Shown here: positions 63,343-64,000 of the stretch, one piece after another
Layout of the letters: each line of letters begins with the position of its first letter
How positions within the stretch are numbered: the first letter of the stretch is position 1
Source of the DNA: Christensenellaceae bacterium
Lineage (GTDB): Bacteria; Bacillota; Clostridia; Christensenellales; CAG-138
Direction: 5' to 3'
NCBI GenBank assembly: GCA_963675855.1
Contig: OY776633.1
Span: forward strand, 2,778,546 to 2,842,545
DNA length: 64,000 nt
Notes under the pieces: model-generated
Seen by the model: the letters and a program-made list of their open reading frames with translations, nothing else
Told to the model about the DNA's origin: nothing
The model's database searches: none
Made by a program: the position numbers and the translations under genes

Positions 63343-64000
63343 TCAATGATGGAACAAGCGAAGCTTCGTAAAGAACATCGCCATGCCGTATCTATCGCAC
63401 GCGGCGATCACGTCGCTATCCCGCACCGACCCGCCGGGCTGGGCGACATACGCAACTCCACTCTCTTTCGCGCGCTCGATATTGTCCCCGAACGGGAAAA
63501 ACGCGTCGCTTCCGAGCGAAACGCCGGAAAGCCGCGCCATATGCGCGGCGCGCTCGCCCGCCGTCAGCGGTTCAGGGCGCTTCGAGAAATACGCCGTCCA
63601 ACCGGATTTTGAATACGCGTCCCCGCTTTTGCCGGAGATATACAGGTCGATCAGATTGTCGCGCTCGGAGCGCTTGATGTCGGGCAGAAACGGAAGGCCG
63701 AGCACCTTCGGGCAGCGGCGCATCCACCAGATGTCCGCTTTCTCACCCGCAAGGCGCGTACAGTGAATGCGGGACTGCTGCCCCGCGCCGACGCCGATGG
63801 TCTGTCCGCCGGCGGCAAAGCAGACGGAGTTGGACTGCGTGTATTTGAGCGTAATCAGCGAGAGGATCAGGTCGCGCTTTGCCGCTTCGTCGATCTCCGT
63901 TTTTGCCGTGGCGGCTTGCCCAAGCAGCGCGCCGTCGATCTTAGCGGTATTCCTCGGCTGTTCGAACGTCACGCCGAACACCTGCTTGCGTTCCGTTTCG
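63343..64000 (-). CDS. purH: bifunctional AICAR transformylase / IMP cyclohydrolase PurH (C-terminal part; 5' end beyond the window)
   Basis: 'SNSVCFAAGGQTIGVGAGQQSRIHCTRLAG', 'GSDAFFPFGDNIE', 'AQPGGSVRD' and a C-terminal 'RLFHH'. The reading frame stays open to the window end. Confidence 0.9.
   Translation of the reverse strand, partial: ETERKQVFGVTFEQPRNTAKIDGALLGQAATAKTEIDEAAKRDLILSLITLKYTQSNSVCFAAGGQTIGVGAGQQSRIHCTRLAGEKADIWWMRRCPKVLGLPFLPDIKRSERDNLIDLYISGKSGDAYSKSGWTAYFSKRPEPLTAGERAAHMARLSGVSLGSDAFFPFGDNIERAKESGVAYVAQPGGSVRDSDVIAACDRYGMAMFFTKLRLFHH

Overview
This 64-kb window looks like a chromosomal segment of a high-GC Firmicute. A Clostridia / Oscillospiraceae-like origin is my inference from the gene content (BioY, FloA/NfeD, SHOCT proteins, sortase B, GlgD, single-chain PurL); no database was searched. 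I support about 58 protein genes and one tRNA-Leu(UAA).

Most of the window is ordinary housekeeping:
- biotin: birA-bioY
- glycogen: glgB-glgC-glgD-glgA
- central metabolism and replication: ackA, dapF, class II ribonucleotide reductase nrdJ preceded by tandem NrdR-box-like palindromes
- membrane functions: an nfeD-floA operon, a split chrA pair, a MATE exporter
- signalling: an OmpR/histidine-kinase pair, a GGDEF protein
- purine synthesis: purH-purD-purL

The ORF track contains many long antisense or 5'-extended ORFs, which are typical high-GC artefacts. I trimmed starts using RBS, neighbouring-gene and promoter arguments.

Two sharply AT-rich insertions interrupt the GC-rich backbone, and neither carries a mobility gene:
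1. 38.47-41.04 kb holds a gamma-class N6-adenine DNA methyltransferase plus an unrecognisable 209-aa partner, which is a presumed Type II R-M pair.
2. 50.95-53.13 kb holds a single 688-aa protein. It has an unknown N-terminal domain, a P-loop ATPase (Walker A GVRKVGKTS, Walker B IIIMFDEIE), a wHTH-like segment and a C-terminal region with an Rx4H (RHNEDH) HEPN-like motif.

The second insertion is my best candidate for an undescribed standalone defence or abortive-infection gene. That reading is an inference from sequence motifs and context only.

Other observations:
- a 183-bp-offset duplication of the tRNA-Leu 3' end plus its terminator, which looks like an att-like footprint
- a 56-bp tandem triplication of the 3' end of the AEC transporter gene
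- an LTXXQ protein / two SHOCT proteins / two-component envelope module
- several unusual protein extensions
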